Positions 30,511-42,439 of a DNA stretch of 55,782 nt are shown here, one piece after another. Both the position numbers and the translations under genes were made by a program. Origin of the DNA: Gammaproteobacteria bacterium (GTDB lineage: Bacteria; Pseudomonadota; Gammaproteobacteria; Natronospirales; REEB76); the NCBI GenBank assembly GCA_028864905.1, contig JAGWLP010000001.1, forward strand, positions 1-55,782, written 5' to 3'. Position 1 is the first letter of the stretch; each line of letters opens with the position of its first letter. Under the pieces are notes generated by a model. The model worked only from the letters and a program-made list of their open reading frames with translations. It was not told the DNA's origin and ran no database searches.

Positions 30511-33500
30511 TCAGGCACTGGCGCGCTCACTGGCCGGTTCCATGGGGCGGGCGCCGTAATGCAGCCTGACTTTCTCGGCGCCCAGCCACGCCTGCAGCCG
30601 GCGCACCAGCATTTCGGCCGGATGCACCCGCCAGGCGTCTCCGAGGAACACCGGCACGCTGGCCTGCGCCTCCGCATAGCATACCCACACCGCGCAGCGC
30701 CCGCCCAGGTACGGTTTGAGTGCATCCTGCAGACGCCCGGGAAAATCCGCCCCGGCCTGCTCCGTCCAGTCCACATCCAGGCGGCGCACGTAACGCTCGC
30801 GCAGCTCGTCCACCCCATACATGTTCTTGACGGTGACGCGCCAGGCGTCGTTGAACTCGTCGAAGGTGAGTCGCCCTTCCACGACCACCACGCGGTCCTT
30901 GACCGCCAGGGTACGGAAGCGATTGAACACCTCCTCGAACAAGGTGACCTCGAGCCGGCCGCTGCGGTCATCCAGCGTCAGGTTGACGCGGCCGCCGCGG
31001 CGGCGCATCTCCACCACCAGCCCGGCCACGGTCACGTTGCGCGCACTGGCGAACACCTGGCCACGATCGCCGGCGGGCGGCGCGGCATCCGCAAGCTCCG
31101 CCAGCGGCGCGCTCACCACATGCTGCAGATCCGCGGCATAGCGTGTTACCGGATGACCGGTGAGATACAAACCCAGGGTTTCGCGTTCACCGCGCAGACG
31201 TTCGTCCTCGTCCCAGTCGGGCTGCTCCCGGGCCGATGGCTGCGCCGGCGTGCGCCCCGCCGCGCCGGCCAGACCGAAGAGATCCACCTGTCCCGCGTCC
31301 TGCGCACGGCTGCCCTGATCCGCCGCCGCCAGTGCCTGCGGCAGACGCGCCATGAGTGTGGCGCGATTGATGCCGAAGCTGTCCAGGGCGCCGGCACGAA
31401 TCAGCGCCTCGAGCACGCGGCGGTTGGCTTTCTGCAGATCGATGCGGCGACAGAAATCCTCGAGGTTGCGGTAAGCGCCGTGCTCGCGGCGCTCGGCCAG
31501 CACACCTTCGATGGCCGCCAAGCCCACGCCCTTGATGGCGCCCAGGCCATAACTGATGCTGCGTTCGTCTACCACCGTAAACAGATACTCGGAACGATTG
31601 ATGTCCGGCGGCCGGATTTCAAGCTCCAGGTTGCGGCATTCGTCGATGAGCGCCACCACCTTGTCGGTGTGGTCCATGTCGGAGGACAACACCGCCGCCA
31701 TGAATTCCGCCGGATAGTGCGCCTTGAGCCACGCGGTCTGATAAGCGACCAGCGAATAGGCCACGGCGTGGGACTTGTTGAAACCGTAACCCGCGAATTT
31801 CTCCATGAGGTCGAAAATCCGGTCGGCTTTCTGCGCGGAGAGCCCGTGCCTGGCCGCGCCTTCGCGGAAAATCGTGCGCTGTTGCGCCATCTCTTCGGGT
31901 TTTTTCTTGCCCATGGCACGGCGCAGCAGATCGGCGCCACCCAGCGTGTACCCGCCGATGATCTGCGCCATCTGCATGACCTGTTCCTGATAGACCATGA
32001 TGCCGTAGGTTTCTTTGAGGATCGGCTCGACGCGCGCATCCGGATAGACGACGGGTTCACGCCCGCGCTTGCGCGCCACGTAGTTGGGAATCAGCTCCAT
32101 GGGGCCGGGACGGAACAAGGCGTTGAGTGCGATCAGGTCCTCGAAGCGGTCGGGGTGTGCGTCTTTCAGCAAACGCTGCATGCCGCCGCCTTCAAACTGG
32201 AACACCGCGACCGTGCGCGCCGCGCGGAACAACTTGAAGACTTCCGGGTCGTCGAGCGGCAGGGCCGCGATGTCGAGCGGCGGCTCGTCCTGGTCCGTGC
32301 GGCGCGCGTTGATGCTCTTGACGGCCCAGTCAATGATGGTGAGCGTACGCAGGCCGAGAAAATCGAACTTCACCAGGCCCACGGCCTCCACGTCGTCCTT
32401 GTCGAACTGCGTGACCGGGTGGCTGCCCTCGGCTTCGCAGTACAGCGGCATGAAATCGGTGAGCTCCGCAGGCGCAATCACCACGCCGCCGGCATGTTTG
32501 CCGGCATTGCGCGCCAGGCCTTCGAGCGATTTCGCCAGATCAATCAGCTGGCGCACCTCGTCGTCTTCCTCGTAGCGCTTGTGCAGTTCCGGTTCCTGGG
32601 CCAGCGCCTTGTCGAGCGTCATTTCCAGCTCGAAGGGAATGAGTTTGGCAATCTGGTCCACGTAGCCGTAGTTGTGCCCCAGCACCCGGCCGACGTCGCG
32701 CACCACGGCACGTGCGGCCATGCTGCCGAAAGTGATGATCTGCGCCACATGACCCTGGCCGTAGCGCCCGGCCACGTAGTCAATCACGCGGTCACGCCCC
32801 TGCATGCAGAAGTCCACGTCGAAGTCCGGCATGGAGACACGCTCGGGATTGAGGAAACGCTCGAACAGCAAATGGTGCTGCAGCGGATCGAGATCGGTGA
32901 TGCCGAGCGCGTACGCCACCAGCGAGCCCGCTCCCGAGCCGCGGCCCGGACCCACGGGCACGCCATGCTCGCGCGCCCAGCGGATGAAATCCGCCACGAT
33001 CAGGAAGTAGCCGGCAAATCCCATGCGCAAAATCACGTCGACTTCGCTCGCCAGGCGTTCGCGATAAGGCTGGATTTGCTTCGCGTGATTCGCCGCGCCA
33101 GCGACGCTCTCCAGTCGCCGCGCGAGTCCGCGCTCGGCCTCGGCACGTAGAAAGCTCTCGATATCCATGCCGGACGGCACCGGATAGGCCGGCAGGAAAT
33201 TTTTCCCCGCATCCAGGCTGAAATTGCAGCGGCGCGCGATCTCGACGCTGTTCTCCAGGGCTTCCGGCAAATCCGCGAAGCGCTGCTGCATCTCCGCCGC
33301 GCTGCGCAGGTACTGCTGCTCGCTGTAACGCCGCGGTCGCCGCGCATCGTTGAGCGTGTAGCCCTCCTGGATGCAGACGCGCGCCTCGTGCGCACCGAAG
33401 TCCGCCGCCTGCAGGAAGCGCACGTCGTTGCTGGCCACCACCGGCGAGCCGCTGCGCGCCGCCAAGGCCACCGCCGCGCGCAGATATTCCTCCTCGCCCT

Positions 33501-34026
33501 CACGCCCGGTGCGTTGCAGCTCCAGATAAAAGTGCTGTGGAAACCACCGCGCCCATTCCTCAAGCAGCGCCTGCGCCTGGGAGTCGCGGCCGGTGAGCAA
33601 TGCGCGGCCGATCTCGCCTTCACGCCCGCCGGACAAGGCGATCAGCCCTGCACAGTGTTCCGCGAGCCAGGCGCGCTCCAGCACCGGCTGGCCGCGTTGC
33701 TGACCCTCGAGATAGCTGCGGGTAATCAGCTGCGACAGATTGCGATAGCCGCATGCATCACAGCACAACAGCGTAAACCGGCTGCTGCCGTCCGCGTCGG
33801 TGTCGCGCAGGCGCAAATCCGCGCCGATCAGCGGCTTGATACCGGCGGCTTCCGCCGCGCGGAAAAACTTCACAAGTGCAAACACATTGCCCTGGTCGGT
33901 GAGCGCGACGGCCGGCATGTCCGCCGCCGCCACGGCCTCCACCAGCTCGGTAATGCGGATCACGCTGTCGGCCAGCGAATACTCGCTGTGCAGGCGCAGG
34001 TGCACGAAACCCGGAACCGCACTCAC
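30511..34026 (-). CDS. dnaE: DNA polymerase III subunit alpha
   Basis: 1171 aa from GTG 34026 (GGAG 9 nt upstream). PHP domain FVHLRLHSEYSLADS. Core motifs GPGRGSGAGSLVAYALGITDLDP, PDFDVDF, FNKSHAVAYSLVAYQTAWLKAHYPAEF. The track ORF adds 65 spurious residues through rnhB. Confidence 0.97.
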   Translation of the reverse strand: MSAVPGFVHLRLHSEYSLADSVIRITELVEAVAAADMPAVALTDQGNVFALVKFFRAAEAAGIKPLIGADLRLRDTDADGSSRFTLLCCDACGYRNLSQLITRSYLEGQQRGQPVLERAWLAEHCAGLIALSGGREGEIGRALLTGRDSQAQALLEEWARWFPQHFYLELQRTGREGEEEYLRAAVALAARSGSPVVASNDVRFLQAADFGAHEARVCIQEGYTLNDARRPRRYSEQQYLRSAAEMQQRFADLPEALENSVEIARRCNFSLDAGKNFLPAYPVPSGMDIESFLRAEAERGLARRLESVAGAANHAKQIQPYRERLASEVDVILRMGFAGYFLIVADFIRWAREHGVPVGPGRGSGAGSLVAYALGITDLDPLQHHLLFERFLNPERVSMPDFDVDFCMQGRDRVIDYVAGRYGQGHVAQIITFGSMAARAVVRDVGRVLGHNYGYVDQIAKLIPFELEMTLDKALAQEPELHKRYEEDDEVRQLIDLAKSLEGLARNAGKHAGGVVIAPAELTDFMPLYCEAEGSHPVTQFDKDDVEAVGLVKFDFLGLRTLTIIDWAVKSINARRTDQDEPPLDIAALPLDDPEVFKLFRAARTVAVFQFEGGGMQRLLKDAHPDRFEDLIALNALFRPGPMELIPNYVARKRGREPVVYPDARVEPILKETYGIMVYQEQVMQMAQIIGGYTLGGADLLRRAMGKKKPEEMAQQRTIFREGAARHGLSAQKADRIFDLMEKFAGYGFNKSHAVAYSLVAYQTAWLKAHYPAEFMAAVLSSDMDHTDKVVALIDECRNLELEIRPPDINRSEYLFTVVDERSISYGLGAIKGVGLAAIEGVLAERREHGAYRNLEDFCRRIDLQKANRRVLEALIRAGALDSFGINRATLMARLPQALAAADQGSRAQDAGQVDLFGLAGAAGRTPAQPSAREQPDWDEDERLRGERETLGLYLTGHPVTRYAADLQHVVSAPLAELADAAPPAGDRGQVFASARNVTVAGLVVEMRRRGGRVNLTLDDRSGRLEVTLFEEVFNRFRTLAVKDRVVVVEGRLTFDEFNDAWRVTVKNMYGVDELRERYVRRLDVDWTEQAGADFPGRLQDALKPYLGGRCAVWVCYAEAQASVPVFLGDAWRVHPAEMLVRRLQAWLGAEKVRLHYGARPMEPASERASA

Positions 34027-34027
34027 C

Positions 34028-34612
34028 TCAATGCTCCAGAACGCGCCGCACCGGCGCAAATGAACGGCGGTGAATGCTGCACGGTCCGTGACTTGCGAGC
34101 GCCTGCAGATGCGCGGGCGTCGGATAACCCTTGTGCAGCGCAAAACCATAATGCGGAAATTCAGCATCCATGCGGCACATGAGCGCGTCGCGTTCAACCT
34201 TGGCAAGAATCGACGCGGCACTGATCGCGGCCACGCTGCGATCGCCCTGCACCCGGGCCTGCACCGGACAGTCCAGCCGTGGACAGACGTTGCCGTCCAC
34301 GAGCACGCGCTCCGGCGTCACCGCCAATGCCATCACCGCGCGTTGCATCGCCAGCAGCGAGGCCTGCAGGATGTTGATGCGATCGATCTCTACGGCATCC
34401 GCCCAACCCACCGCCCAAGCCACGGCCAGCGCACGGATTTCAGCCGCAAGCGTTTCGCGGCGCGCAGCCGTCAGTTGTTTGGAATCGCGCAATCCCGCTA
34501 TCGGTACCGCGGCGCGCAGAATTACCGCGGCGGCGGCCACCGGACCCGCGAGCGGCCCGCGTCCGGCCTCATCCACACCGGCCACCAGAACATGGCTGTG
34601 TGCCTGTCTCAT
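34028..34612 (-). CDS. rnhB: Ribonuclease HII
   Basis: 194 aa. [37 protein letters not shown] overlap with the lpxB stop. Confidence 0.95.
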   Translation of the reverse strand: MRQAHSHVLVAGVDEAGRGPLAGPVAAAAVILRAAVPIAGLRDSKQLTAARRETLAAEIRALAVAWAVGWADAVEIDRINILQASLLAMQRAVMALAVTPERVLVDGNVCPRLDCPVQARVQGDRSVAAISAASILAKVERDALMCRMDAEFPHYGFALHKGYPTPAHLQALASHGPCSIHRRSFAPVRRVLEH

Positions 34613-35805
34613 GAAATCGCACCATCGGCGCGCGACTGCGCGCGCGCGCGCGGCGTCGCCGCAGGCTGTTGCAGCAAATCGAGAACCGCGGCGGCGGCAC
34701 GCTCATTCGCGCCCAGGCGCAAGCCCTGTTCCAGCTCGGCAAAACTCTGCAATTGGGCATCGCGCGCACGCGCATCCTGCAACAGGCGCAGTATGGCATT
34801 GCCGAGATTGAGCGGCAGCGCCCGGTATTGCAGAAATTCCGGTACCACCTCCCGGCCCGCCAGCAGATTGGGCAAGGCCACGTGCGGCACGCGCAACAGT
34901 CCCAGGCCCTTGACCAACGCGTAGCTGCCGGCGGACAGGCGGTAGGCGACCACCATCGGGCAGCGCCACAGCATGGCTTCCAACGTGGCGGTGCCGGAAG
35001 CAATGAGCGCGGCATTCGCCGCTCCCAGGATCTCCTGCGCATGCCCCTCGATCACGGTAACCGGAAGGTCGGGCACGAGCATGCGCACCTGATTCTTGAT
35101 ATGGCGGCTGAGCGCCGGCGAGGCGGCGGGCATGGCGAATCTGAGCTGCGGCAGGTGGTTCGCCAGCCACTGCGCAGTTTCCAGGAACACCGGCAGCAGG
35201 CGTTCCACTTCGGTAAAACGGCTGCCGGGCAACAATGCCACCAGCGGGTCTTCGACCGGCAGATGCAGGCCGCGGCGCAACGCGCCGCGGTCCAGACTGC
35301 GTGGCGCGCGATCCGCAAGCGGGTGGCCGACGTATACGGCATGAAATCCGTGTTGTGCGTACAGCGGCTGCTCGAACGGCAACAGCGTCAGCACCAGCTC
35401 CGCGGCCTTGCCGACCTTGAATACGCGGCGCGCGCGCCAAGCCCAGATTGAAGGGCTGACGTAATGCACCGTGCGGATTCCCGCCTTGCGCAAGCTGGAC
35501 TCGAGACCCAGATTGAAATCCGGCATGTCGATGCCGATAAGTACGTCGGGACGGTGTTGCAGAAAATGCCTGTACAGGCGCCGGCGCACACGCAGCAAAC
35601 GCGGCAGGTGCGCCAACACTTCGGTGATCCCCATGACCGCGAGTGTTTCGGCATGCACCAGCGGCCGGCAACCGGCCGCGATCATCGCCGGACCCGCCGC
35701 GCCCTCGAATTCGGCATCCGGCACCCGCGCGCGGATGGCACGCATCAGCCCGGCGCCCAGCTGGTCGCCGGAACTTTCGCCCGCAATCATGCCAATTCGC
35801 AACAT
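34609..35805 (-). CDS. lpxB: Lipid-A-disaccharide synthase
   Basis: 398 aa from [45 protein letters not shown]. The 546-aa track ORF runs through lpxA and is rejected. Confidence 0.93.
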   Translation of the reverse strand: MLRIGMIAGESSGDQLGAGLMRAIRARVPDAEFEGAAGPAMIAAGCRPLVHAETLAVMGITEVLAHLPRLLRVRRRLYRHFLQHRPDVLIGIDMPDFNLGLESSLRKAGIRTVHYVSPSIWAWRARRVFKVGKAAELVLTLLPFEQPLYAQHGFHAVYVGHPLADRAPRSLDRGALRRGLHLPVEDPLVALLPGSRFTEVERLLPVFLETAQWLANHLPQLRFAMPAASPALSRHIKNQVRMLVPDLPVTVIEGHAQEILGAANAALIASGTATLEAMLWRCPMVVAYRLSAGSYALVKGLGLLRVPHVALPNLLAGREVVPEFLQYRALPLNLGNAILRLLQDARARDAQLQSFAELEQGLRLGANERAAAAVLDLLQQPAATPRARAQSRADGAIS

Positions 35806-35837
35806 GCTCGGCTGCGCCCCGCTGTCCTGCCGTACTT

Positions 35838-36608
35838 TCAGCGCGTGATACTGCGCTCGCTCGCTTCCAGAAACTCCACCAGGCATTGCAACTCGGATTG
35901 GGTGGCGCTCAGCACGCGCAGCTTCGCCAGCGCCTCTTCCAGACGCAGATCCGAACGATACAACACTCGGTAGGCGTTTTTGATGTTGCGGACCTGCGCG
36001 GCATCGAATCCACGGCGGCGCAGACCTTCGCTGTTGATGCCGCGCGGCTCGGCCGGCGTACCGGAAATCATCATGTAGGGCGGAACATCGCGGCTCAGGT
36101 CCACATTCATGCCGGTAAAACTGTGGGTACCGATGCGACAGAACTGGTGCACCTTGGTGAACCCGCCCAGAATCGCCCAGTTCTCGATGCTCACGTGTCC
36201 GGCGAGCGTCGCATTGTTGGCCATGATGATGTGATTGCCCAACTCGCAATCGTGCGCCACGTGCACGTAGGCCATGATCCAGTTGTCGTTGCCGATGGTG
36301 GTTTTGCCGCGGTCCTGCGCGGTGCCGCGGTTGATGGTGACGAATTCAAAGAAGGTGTTGCGGTCGCCGATTTCAAGCCAGGTCGGCTCGCCGTGATACT
36401 TCATGTCCTGGGGAATGCCGCCTATCGAAGCAAACTGGAAGATGCGGTTGTCGCGGCCGATGCGCGTTGGTCCCTGGATCACGGCATGCGGCCCGATTAC
36501 CGTGCCCGCGCCGACTTCCACCTGCGCACCGATGATCGCGAATGCCCCGACCGTGACATCCGCCGCCAGCCGTGCGCCGGGGTCCACGGCGGCGCGCGCG
36601 TCAATCAA
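35838..36608 (-). CDS. lpxA: Acyl-ACP--UDP-N-acetylglucosamine O-acyltransferase
   Basis: 256 aa. [27 protein letters not shown] aligns residue-for-residue with E. coli [21 protein letters not shown]. Hexapeptide repeats. The start codon is TTG (36608..36606), overlapping the fabZ stop. Confidence 0.95.
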   Translation of the reverse strand: MIDARAAVDPGARLAADVTVGAFAIIGAQVEVGAGTVIGPHAVIQGPTRIGRDNRIFQFASIGGIPQDMKYHGEPTWLEIGDRNTFFEFVTINRGTAQDRGKTTIGNDNWIMAYVHVAHDCELGNHIIMANNATLAGHVSIENWAILGGFTKVHQFCRIGTHSFTGMNVDLSRDVPPYMMISGTPAEPRGINSEGLRRRGFDAAQVRNIKNAYRVLYRSDLRLEEALAKLRVLSATQSELQCLVEFLEASERSITR

Positions 36609-37063
36609 ACCTCAAACTCCCGCGCGGCGCACATGAGCTCGGCGGCCGCCACCAGCTGGCCATCCACTTCGGCGTGCGTATCGAATTTCCACACGCCGCG
36701 TTTGTCCCACAGGTATTCCACCTTGAGCAGCACCTGGTCGCCGGGTTCCACCGGTTTCTTGAAGCGCGCCTTGTCAATGCCGACGAAATAGTACAGTTCG
36801 TTGGCCTGGGGCGCATGACCCAGACTGGCAAATGCCAGCAGGCCCGTGGCCTGGGCCAACGCCTCGAGAATCAGCACCCCGGGCATCACCGGCCGATGCG
36901 GAAAATGACCGGGGAAAAACGGTTCATTGATGGTGACGTTCTTCACCGCGACCAGGCGCTTGCCGGGCACGCACTCCAGCACCCGATCCACCAGCAGGAA
37001 CGGGTAGCGGTGCGGAAGCTGGCGCAGGATCGCGTGTATATCCAGAGACGATGCCGTTGACAT
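36605..37063 (-). CDS. fabZ: 3-hydroxyacyl-ACP dehydratase FabZ
   Basis: 152 aa. [39 protein letters not shown]. Confidence 0.97.
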   Translation of the reverse strand: MSTASSLDIHAILRQLPHRYPFLLVDRVLECVPGKRLVAVKNVTINEPFFPGHFPHRPVMPGVLILEALAQATGLLAFASLGHAPQANELYYFVGIDKARFKKPVEPGDQVLLKVEYLWDKRGVWKFDTHAEVDGQLVAAAELMCAAREFEV

Positions 37064-37069
37064 GCTGTT

Positions 37070-38092
37070 TCAATCCTTCAATTTCTGCTCAAGCTGTTGC
37101 AGGCGCCGCGCCAGATCATCCAGTTGGCGGAAGCGCACGCTGTTCTTGCGCCATTTTGCCGCGCGGTCCATGGGGGCGCTGCCGGAGTACACCCCGGGCT
37201 CATGTATCGAGCGGCTCACCAGCGTCATCGCAGTGATCACGACATCATCGGCGATTTCGATGTGCCCGACGATGCCGGCGGCACCGCCGATCATGCAACG
37301 TTTGCCGATGCGCGCGCTGCCGGCGATCGCCACGCACCCGGCGATGGCCGTGTGCTCGCCGATGTGCACGTTATGCCCGATCTGAATCTGATTATCCAGC
37401 TTCACGCCGTCGCCGATCAGCGTGTCCTCCAGCGCACCGCGATCAATAGTGGTATTGGCGCCGATTTCCACGTCATCGCCGATTACCACCGAGCCCAGTT
37501 GCGGAACCTTGACCCAGCGTTCGTCGTCGCGCGCAATGCCGAAGCCGTCCGCGCCGATGACCGCGCCGGCATGAATCAGCGCGCGCTTGCCGATCTGCAC
37601 GCGCTCGGCGAGTGTGACGTTGGCCACCAGGCGTGTGTCTTCGCCCACCTGTGCCGCGCGCAGCACCACGCAGTTGGGTCCGATGGCGGCACCGGCGGCA
37701 ATCTCCGCCGCCTCCTCAATCACCGCCCCGGGACCAACCCAGGCGCTGGCCGCGACTTTGGCTGCGGGATGCACCCGGGCGGCGGTATCTATTCCCTGGC
37801 GAGCGGGAGGCGCGAGCGCGAGCATGGCGGCAATGCGCGCGTAAGCCAGATACGGATTGTCCACCACCAGTGCGGGTACCGGGCAGGCGTCCGCATCGGC
37901 CGGCGCCAGAATCACGGCCGAGGCGCGCGTGCCCGCCAGATAGCGCCGATAGTGCGGATTCGAAAGAAAGCTGATACTGCCGCGACCTGCATGCTCCAGC
38001 GTGGCTACGCTGTGGACACGCACGCCGGCATCGCCGCGTACCTGCGCCCTGCAGCTTTCCGCCAGTTCGGCCAGCGTGTATTCCGCCGCCAC
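37070..38092 (-). CDS. lpxD: UDP-3-O-acylglucosamine N-acyltransferase
   Basis: 340 aa, GTG start. Left-handed beta-helix hexapeptide repeats. ISFLSNPHYRRYL, HNVHIGEHTAIAG. Confidence 0.95.
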   Translation of the reverse strand: MAAEYTLAELAESCRAQVRGDAGVRVHSVATLEHAGRGSISFLSNPHYRRYLAGTRASAVILAPADADACPVPALVVDNPYLAYARIAAMLALAPPARQGIDTAARVHPAAKVAASAWVGPGAVIEEAAEIAAGAAIGPNCVVLRAAQVGEDTRLVANVTLAERVQIGKRALIHAGAVIGADGFGIARDDERWVKVPQLGSVVIGDDVEIGANTTIDRGALEDTLIGDGVKLDNQIQIGHNVHIGEHTAIAGCVAIAGSARIGKRCMIGGAAGIVGHIEIADDVVITAMTLVSRSIHEPGVYSGSAPMDRAAKWRKNSVRFRQLDDLARRLQQLEQKLKD

Positions 38093-38105
38093 GCGCCGCT
38101 CGACC

Positions 38106-38657
38106 TCAACTGCTGCCCGTGGCCGCCGCAGGGGCCGGCGCCTTGTAGTCCTTTTGCAACTGCGCCAGCACCTGATCGGTCACGTCCACCGTGCCGTCAG
38201 CGTACACGATGCCCAGGCCGACGATCAGATTGTAATTGTGCGCCTTGGCGAAGGCCTGCACTTCCTTGACAACCACTTCCTGGATGGCGCCGAGCTTCTG
38301 GTTCTGCCATTGGTTCAAGTCCGCCTGAAAATCGCTTTCCTTGCGGCTCAAATCCTGTTGACCGGCGTCCAGCTGATTCTGCAGGTTTTGCAACTGTGAG
38401 GCACTCATCACCGAGCCGTTGCGGTTGATCTGCTCCTGCAAGGCCTTGACCTTGTTTTCCTGCGCAATCAGCGCGCTGCGCCGACTGCCGAACTTCTTCT
38501 GCATGTCCGCTTCCGCCGCCTTGGCCTGTGGCGACTCTTTCATCAAGGCCTGCATGTTGACCACGCCGATCTTGAGATCCGCGGCACGCAGCGTCCCGGC
38601 GCCGAGCAGCAGCGCGGCAACGGCGACCATCAGCAACATACGGTAAGCGAATCGCAT
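38106..38657 (-). CDS. skp: Periplasmic chaperone Skp (OmpH)
   Basis: 183 aa from MRFAYRMLLMVAVAALLLGAGTLRA (signal peptide; GGAG 7 nt upstream). KIGVVNMQALMKESPQAKA. Between bamA and lpxD. Confidence 0.9.
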   Translation of the reverse strand: MRFAYRMLLMVAVAALLLGAGTLRAADLKIGVVNMQALMKESPQAKAAEADMQKKFGSRRSALIAQENKVKALQEQINRNGSVMSASQLQNLQNQLDAGQQDLSRKESDFQADLNQWQNQKLGAIQEVVVKEVQAFAKAHNYNLIVGLGIVYADGTVDVTDQVLAQLQKDYKAPAPAAATGSS

Positions 38658-38674
38658 AGAGATCTCCGTAACCA

Positions 38675-41068
38675 TCAGAAATAAGTACCGAGGGTGAACT
38701 GGAAGCGCTCCGTCAAATCCCCGGGCTTGGGATTCAGTGGGAAAGCATAACTGAATTTCATGGCGCCGAGCGGTGTCAGGAAGGTGGCGGCCAGACCCGC
38801 GGAAACCCGCAGCCGGTTCCAGCGAAAATCACCGGGATCGGCAAACGCATTGCCCGCATCGATGAACAGTGCCCAGCGGCTGGAGCCGGTACCCCCGGTG
38901 CCGGACGTCTCGTCACTCTTGCCGAAATTCGGGAATATCAGCTCGTTCTGGATCCAGAAATCCGCACGCCCGCCAAACGGAAAGCCGTAGGAATCCTTGG
39001 GGCCGAGTGTCGCGACCTGCCAGCCGCGCACCGTGTCCGCGCCACCCACGAAGAAATTCTTGTAAGGCGGGTAGGTGGCGGTCTTGCCGTAGGGTGCGCC
39101 GTAATCGGCTTCGCCGTTGATGCCGTATATGAATCCCTTGAACAGCGGGATGAAGGCCAGCTGCTGGTAGGTCAGTATGTAGTATTGCTGATCGAATCCC
39201 GGCAAAGCCGCGGTCAGACTCAGGGTTTCCTGCGAGCCGCTGGTCGGGAAGATGATGCGATCGCGGGTGTCGCGCACATAACTTACTTTGGCCTCAAGCG
39301 TGTTGTACTGCAGCGCCGGGTATGGACACAGGAAAAAGAATCCGCGCGCATCCGAGCAGGCACCCAGCGTATTCACGACTTTGCCGTTCTGCGGGTTGGA
39401 AATGAAAGCCACGTATTGCTGTGACGAGCCCGATTGCGTGAACAGCTCATTGTGCGAATACGTTGCGCCCAAGCCCCACCAACTCACCTCGGTGAGCGGC
39501 ATGAGAAAGCTCAGGCTGCCGCCGTAGGAATTGGTGGACAGTGGTGCGCTGTTGACGGTGATGGAGGAAGACTGGCTCTGGAACAGGGAAATCGTGCGGC
39601 TCACGCCATTCACGGTCCAATAGGGATCGGTGAAACTTCCGGAATAGGTGTGGCCGATGTAGGTACGGTTGGCGTTGATTTCCAGCCGCTCGCCGGTTCC
39701 CAGGAAATTGGCGTTCACGATCTGCCCGCTCAACACCAGGCCACTCAGGCTACCGTAGCCCACGCCCACCTGCGCCGTGCCCGCCGGGCGCTCGGTAAGC
39801 GTGTAATCCACGTCCACCATGTCACTGGTTCCGGGCACCGGCACGGTTTTGACCGTCGCATTTTCCACCCACGGCAGACGATTGAGGCGCACCCGTGAAC
39901 GCTCGACGTCCACGTTCGACAACCACGTGCCCTCGAACTGGCGCATCTCGCGGCGGAACACCACGTCATCGGTACCGGAACTGCCGCTGAAATTGATATG
40001 CCGCACGTACACCCGCGGGCCGGGCTCGACAAAGAACGTGATGGATACCAATTTATCCTTGCGATCGATGTCGGGAATGGAATTGACCTTGGCAAAACCA
40101 TAGCCGTCCTCGCCCAGCCGCGCCTGCATCAGCTTGGTGGTGGTGGTGGCAAGCTGCAGGGAAAACGTCTCGCCCGGCTTGACCAGCACCAGTTTGCGCA
40201 ATACCGCTTCCGGCACCACGAACTGGCCCGCAAGCTTCACGTCCTTGACCTTGTAAATCGCGCCCTCGCTGATATTCACCGTGATGTACACGCTGGTGCG
40301 ATCCGGCGAGATCGCCACTTGCGCGGAATCCACGGCAAAGTCCGCGTAGCCGCGGTCCATGTAATACGAGCGCAAGGACTCCAGATCGCCGACCAGCTTT
40401 TCACGCGCGTATTCGTCGGAGCTGCCGAAAAATGTCCAGAAATCCGCCACCTTGAGCTTGAATACATCGCGCAGCTCATCCTCCGAGAACGCATGGTTCC
40501 CGACGATGTCGATGACGCGGATCTTGGCGGTCGCCCCTTCCTTGATCTTCACCGCCACGTTGACGCGGTTGTCGCCGATGTCGGTGATCGTGGGCGTGAT
40601 GACCACGCCGTAGTGGCCGTGGCTGTAGTACTCGTCGGTGAGCTGCTGCAGGAATCCATCCAGGGTCACGCGGTTGAAAATCTGCCCGGTGGACAGGCCG
40701 GCTTTGGTGAGATTTTTGTTGAGGTCGTCGCTCTTGATAAGCTTGTTGCCGGTGACCACGAAGCTCGCAATCGAGGGACGCTCCTGCACGACGATGATGA
40801 GCGTATCGCCGTCGCGGCGCATGGCGACGTCGCGGAAAAATCCGGTCTTGTAAAGCGCGCGGATGGCGTCCTGGATGCGGGTGGCGTCGATCTGATCGCC
40901 GATATTGATGGGCAGATAGTCGAAGACCGTGCCCTGGGAAATGCGCTGCAGGCCGACGATCTCGATCTTCTTCACCACGAACGACTCATCCGCCCGGGCG
41001 GCAGGAAGAGTGAGCATCAGGACAAACAGCGTTGCCAGGATTATCCCGGTGCCTTTTAACAGACCCAC
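38675..41068 (-). CDS. bamA: Outer membrane protein assembly factor BamA
   Basis: 797 aa, GTG start with AAGGAGG upstream. POTRA repeats (VKKIEIVGLQRISQGTVFDYL...). C-terminal beta-barrel ending FQFTLGTYF. Confidence 0.97.
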   Translation of the reverse strand: MGLLKGTGIILATLFVLMLTLPAARADESFVVKKIEIVGLQRISQGTVFDYLPINIGDQIDATRIQDAIRALYKTGFFRDVAMRRDGDTLIIVVQERPSIASFVVTGNKLIKSDDLNKNLTKAGLSTGQIFNRVTLDGFLQQLTDEYYSHGHYGVVITPTITDIGDNRVNVAVKIKEGATAKIRVIDIVGNHAFSEDELRDVFKLKVADFWTFFGSSDEYAREKLVGDLESLRSYYMDRGYADFAVDSAQVAISPDRTSVYITVNISEGAIYKVKDVKLAGQFVVPEAVLRKLVLVKPGETFSLQLATTTTKLMQARLGEDGYGFAKVNSIPDIDRKDKLVSITFFVEPGPRVYVRHINFSGSSGTDDVVFRREMRQFEGTWLSNVDVERSRVRLNRLPWVENATVKTVPVPGTSDMVDVDYTLTERPAGTAQVGVGYGSLSGLVLSGQIVNANFLGTGERLEINANRTYIGHTYSGSFTDPYWTVNGVSRTISLFQSQSSSITVNSAPLSTNSYGGSLSFLMPLTEVSWWGLGATYSHNELFTQSGSSQQYVAFISNPQNGKVVNTLGACSDARGFFFLCPYPALQYNTLEAKVSYVRDTRDRIIFPTSGSQETLSLTAALPGFDQQYYILTYQQLAFIPLFKGFIYGINGEADYGAPYGKTATYPPYKNFFVGGADTVRGWQVATLGPKDSYGFPFGGRADFWIQNELIFPNFGKSDETSGTGGTGSSRWALFIDAGNAFADPGDFRWNRLRVSAGLAATFLTPLGAMKFSYAFPLNPKPGDLTERFQFTLGTYF

Positions 41069-41077
41069 TCGTCCTCC

Positions 41078-42439
41078 TTACCCAAACAGTCGCAGCAGAT
41101 CGTTGTAGACGGCAAAACCCAGCAACATCAGGATCAGCGTCAACCCGATACGCTGACCGGTCATCTCCGCCTGGGCGGACAGGGGTGAACCCTTGATCGC
41201 CTCCATGACGTAGTACAGCAGGTGGCCGCCGTCCAGCACCGGAACCGGCAACAGATTCAGCACCCCGAGGCTGATACTCACGATGGCCAGAAACGCAAGA
41301 AACGGCACCAGGCCGCTCTCCGCGGTGTAGCCAGCGTAGCGCGCAATGTCTATCGGCCCGCTCAGGTTGCGCAGCGAAACCTTGCCGATCACCATGTTCC
41401 AGGAAGCATCCAGGGTGAGCCAAGCCAGGCTGCCGGTGCGCACCACGGCACGGCCCAGAGCGGCCGCGGGATTATACCGTTCTTCGGACTCCAGACGCTG
41501 CAACACCCAGGCGGGATACCCGAGCTCGGCGCCGATGTGACCGACGACTTTGCCGTCAACTTCCTGCGCGCCCACGCGCAGCGATAAATTCAGCCGCTGC
41601 TTGCCCCGTTGCACCAGGATCTCGAGCGTCTGCTGTGGCGCAGCCTGCAGAACTTTCGCCAGTTGGCCCGGACCGGTAAGTGCCGTGCCGCCGACTTCGA
41701 GAATGACATCTCCCGGTTTCAGCCCCGATTGCCGGGCGGTGCCATCCGCGGCCAACTGTCCCACCACGGGCGCGGCCTGCGGTTGCCACTGGCTCAGTCC
41801 CAGACCTGTGAGTAGTGCTCCCGGCATCGTGAGCGCACGGGTGTCGGCAGCGGGAAGCAGCAACTGGCGTTCGGCATGTTGCGGAGTACGTACGGTCACT
41901 TCGATGCGATGGCTCTGCAACACGCCTTCGAACAGGTGCACGACCGCGGTATCCCAGGTAGGCGTGGCGTGACCGTTGACGGACACAATCTCGTCCTGCG
42001 GCTGCAAACCGGCGATTGCGGCGGGCGAGCCGGCCCGGATCTCGCCCACGATTGGGCGAATGCCGGGCACGCCGATCATGAAAATCACCCAATAGGCAAT
42101 GATCGCAAACACGAAATTGAAGCCCGGTCCGGCCAGCACCGACAGAAACCGCTTGGGCAATGACTGGCGGTTGAAAGCCAGGTGTTTCTCGGCCTCCGGC
42201 ACCTCGCCCTCGCGCTCGTCGAGCGGTTTGACGTAGCCGCCGAGTGGCAGCCAGCCGACGGCGATTTCAGTGGACTCAGGAGTACGCTGCCAGCGCAGCA
42301 GCGGTTTGCCGAAAAATACGGAGAAACGCAGCACCTTGATGCCGAAGGCGCGCATCACGACGAAGTGGCCGAACTCGTGCCAGATGATGAGCACGCAGAT
42401 GGCCACCAAAAACGCGCCGATGCTGATAAGTACGTTCAC
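41078..42439 (-). CDS. rseP: Site-2 (RIP) zinc metalloprotease RseP
   Basis: 453 aa. [13 protein letters not shown] (HExxH), two PDZ regions, [14 protein letters not shown]. Confidence 0.95.
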   Translation of the reverse strand: MNVLISIGAFLVAICVLIIWHEFGHFVVMRAFGIKVLRFSVFFGKPLLRWQRTPESTEIAVGWLPLGGYVKPLDEREGEVPEAEKHLAFNRQSLPKRFLSVLAGPGFNFVFAIIAYWVIFMIGVPGIRPIVGEIRAGSPAAIAGLQPQDEIVSVNGHATPTWDTAVVHLFEGVLQSHRIEVTVRTPQHAERQLLLPAADTRALTMPGALLTGLGLSQWQPQAAPVVGQLAADGTARQSGLKPGDVILEVGGTALTGPGQLAKVLQAAPQQTLEILVQRGKQRLNLSLRVGAQEVDGKVVGHIGAELGYPAWVLQRLESEERYNPAAALGRAVVRTGSLAWLTLDASWNMVIGKVSLRNLSGPIDIARYAGYTAESGLVPFLAFLAIVSISLGVLNLLPVPVLDGGHLLYYVMEAIKGSPLSAQAEMTGQRIGLTLILMLLGFAVYNDLLRLFG